Source: Escherichia phage vB_EcoM_WFL6982. Taken from it: 64,000 bases of DNA. Positions 63,848-64,000 of the stretch are shown piece after piece. Location of the stretch: the sequence record MK373774.1; one strand, written 5' to 3'. Within the stretch, counting starts at the first letter, position 1. Every line of letters begins with the position of its first letter. Under the pieces are notes generated by a model that was not told where the DNA came from, searched no databases, and was given only the letters and a program-made list of their open reading frames with translations. The position numbers and the translations under genes are program-made.

Positions 63848-64000
63848 CTATTTTTCTGAAGCGCCTGAAATATATTTTTCAAGACGTTGTTTCATCAGCG
63901 AGCCGTTCTTAGCGATTTCTTCTGGTTTATCGCACATACGCAACAAGGCTTCAAGCTTAGCGATATCGCTGGTACGTTCAAATTTGCGAGTATCTATCTT
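63848..64000 (-). CDS. C-terminal fragment of ORF continuing beyond window
   Basis: open frame from window edge ending ..KYISGASEK; 5' part outside window. Confidence 0.35.
   Translation of the reverse strand, partial: KIDTRKFERTSDIAKLEALLRMCDKPEEIAKNGSLMKQRLEKYISGASEK

Noticed and set aside
1-64000. CRISPR arrays, tRNA genes, rRNA
   Set aside because: No direct-repeat/spacer periodicity and no tRNA-like cloverleaf recognised by eye; the T4 tRNA cluster would lie outside this gene interval. A tRNAscan run would be needed to be sure

Overview
This 64-kb window is a contiguous early/middle-gene block of a T4-like (Tevenvirinae) coliphage genome, running from rIIA to denV in T4 gene order, with essentially every gene on the minus strand. 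All product calls are from reading the supplied translations and DNA; no database search was run. Core replication, recombination and nucleotide-metabolism genes are recognisable: rIIA, topoisomerase II large subunit (unsplit 39), dexA, dda, modA/modB, soc, 56, 61, sp, dmd, 41, uvsX, 42, 43, regA, 62, 44, 45, 46, 47, 55, nrdG, nrdD, 49, nrdC, rI, tk, regB and denV. The gp43 sequence looks RB69-type from memory. T4-type alpha- and beta-glucosyltransferase genes are absent. The most interesting content is accessory: (1) a compact cluster between genes 42 and 43 encoding a SIS-domain arabinose-5-phosphate isomerase, a fused sugar-1-P nucleotidyltransferase/kinase, a small HAD phosphatase and a Cys-rich U32-like protein, which reads as a nucleotide-sugar (likely NDP-arabinose) pathway for hmC hypermodification; (2) a glycosyltransferase-like gene between rIIA.1 and gene 39; (3) a thymidylate-kinase-like gene plus an unknown 299-aa gene at the beta-gt position. 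Further accessory items are a macro-domain protein, a pol-beta-type nucleotidyltransferase-fold protein coupled to a membrane protein, several small paralog families, and a palindromic promoter cassette with compensatory base changes. Numerous T4-type early promoters (GTTTAC-N17-TAtAAT), two late promoters (TATAAATA) and stem-loop terminators are visible. Gene starts from the ORF track were corrected where an internal ATG with a Shine-Dalgarno fits better; the track appears to count GTG/TTG as starts.
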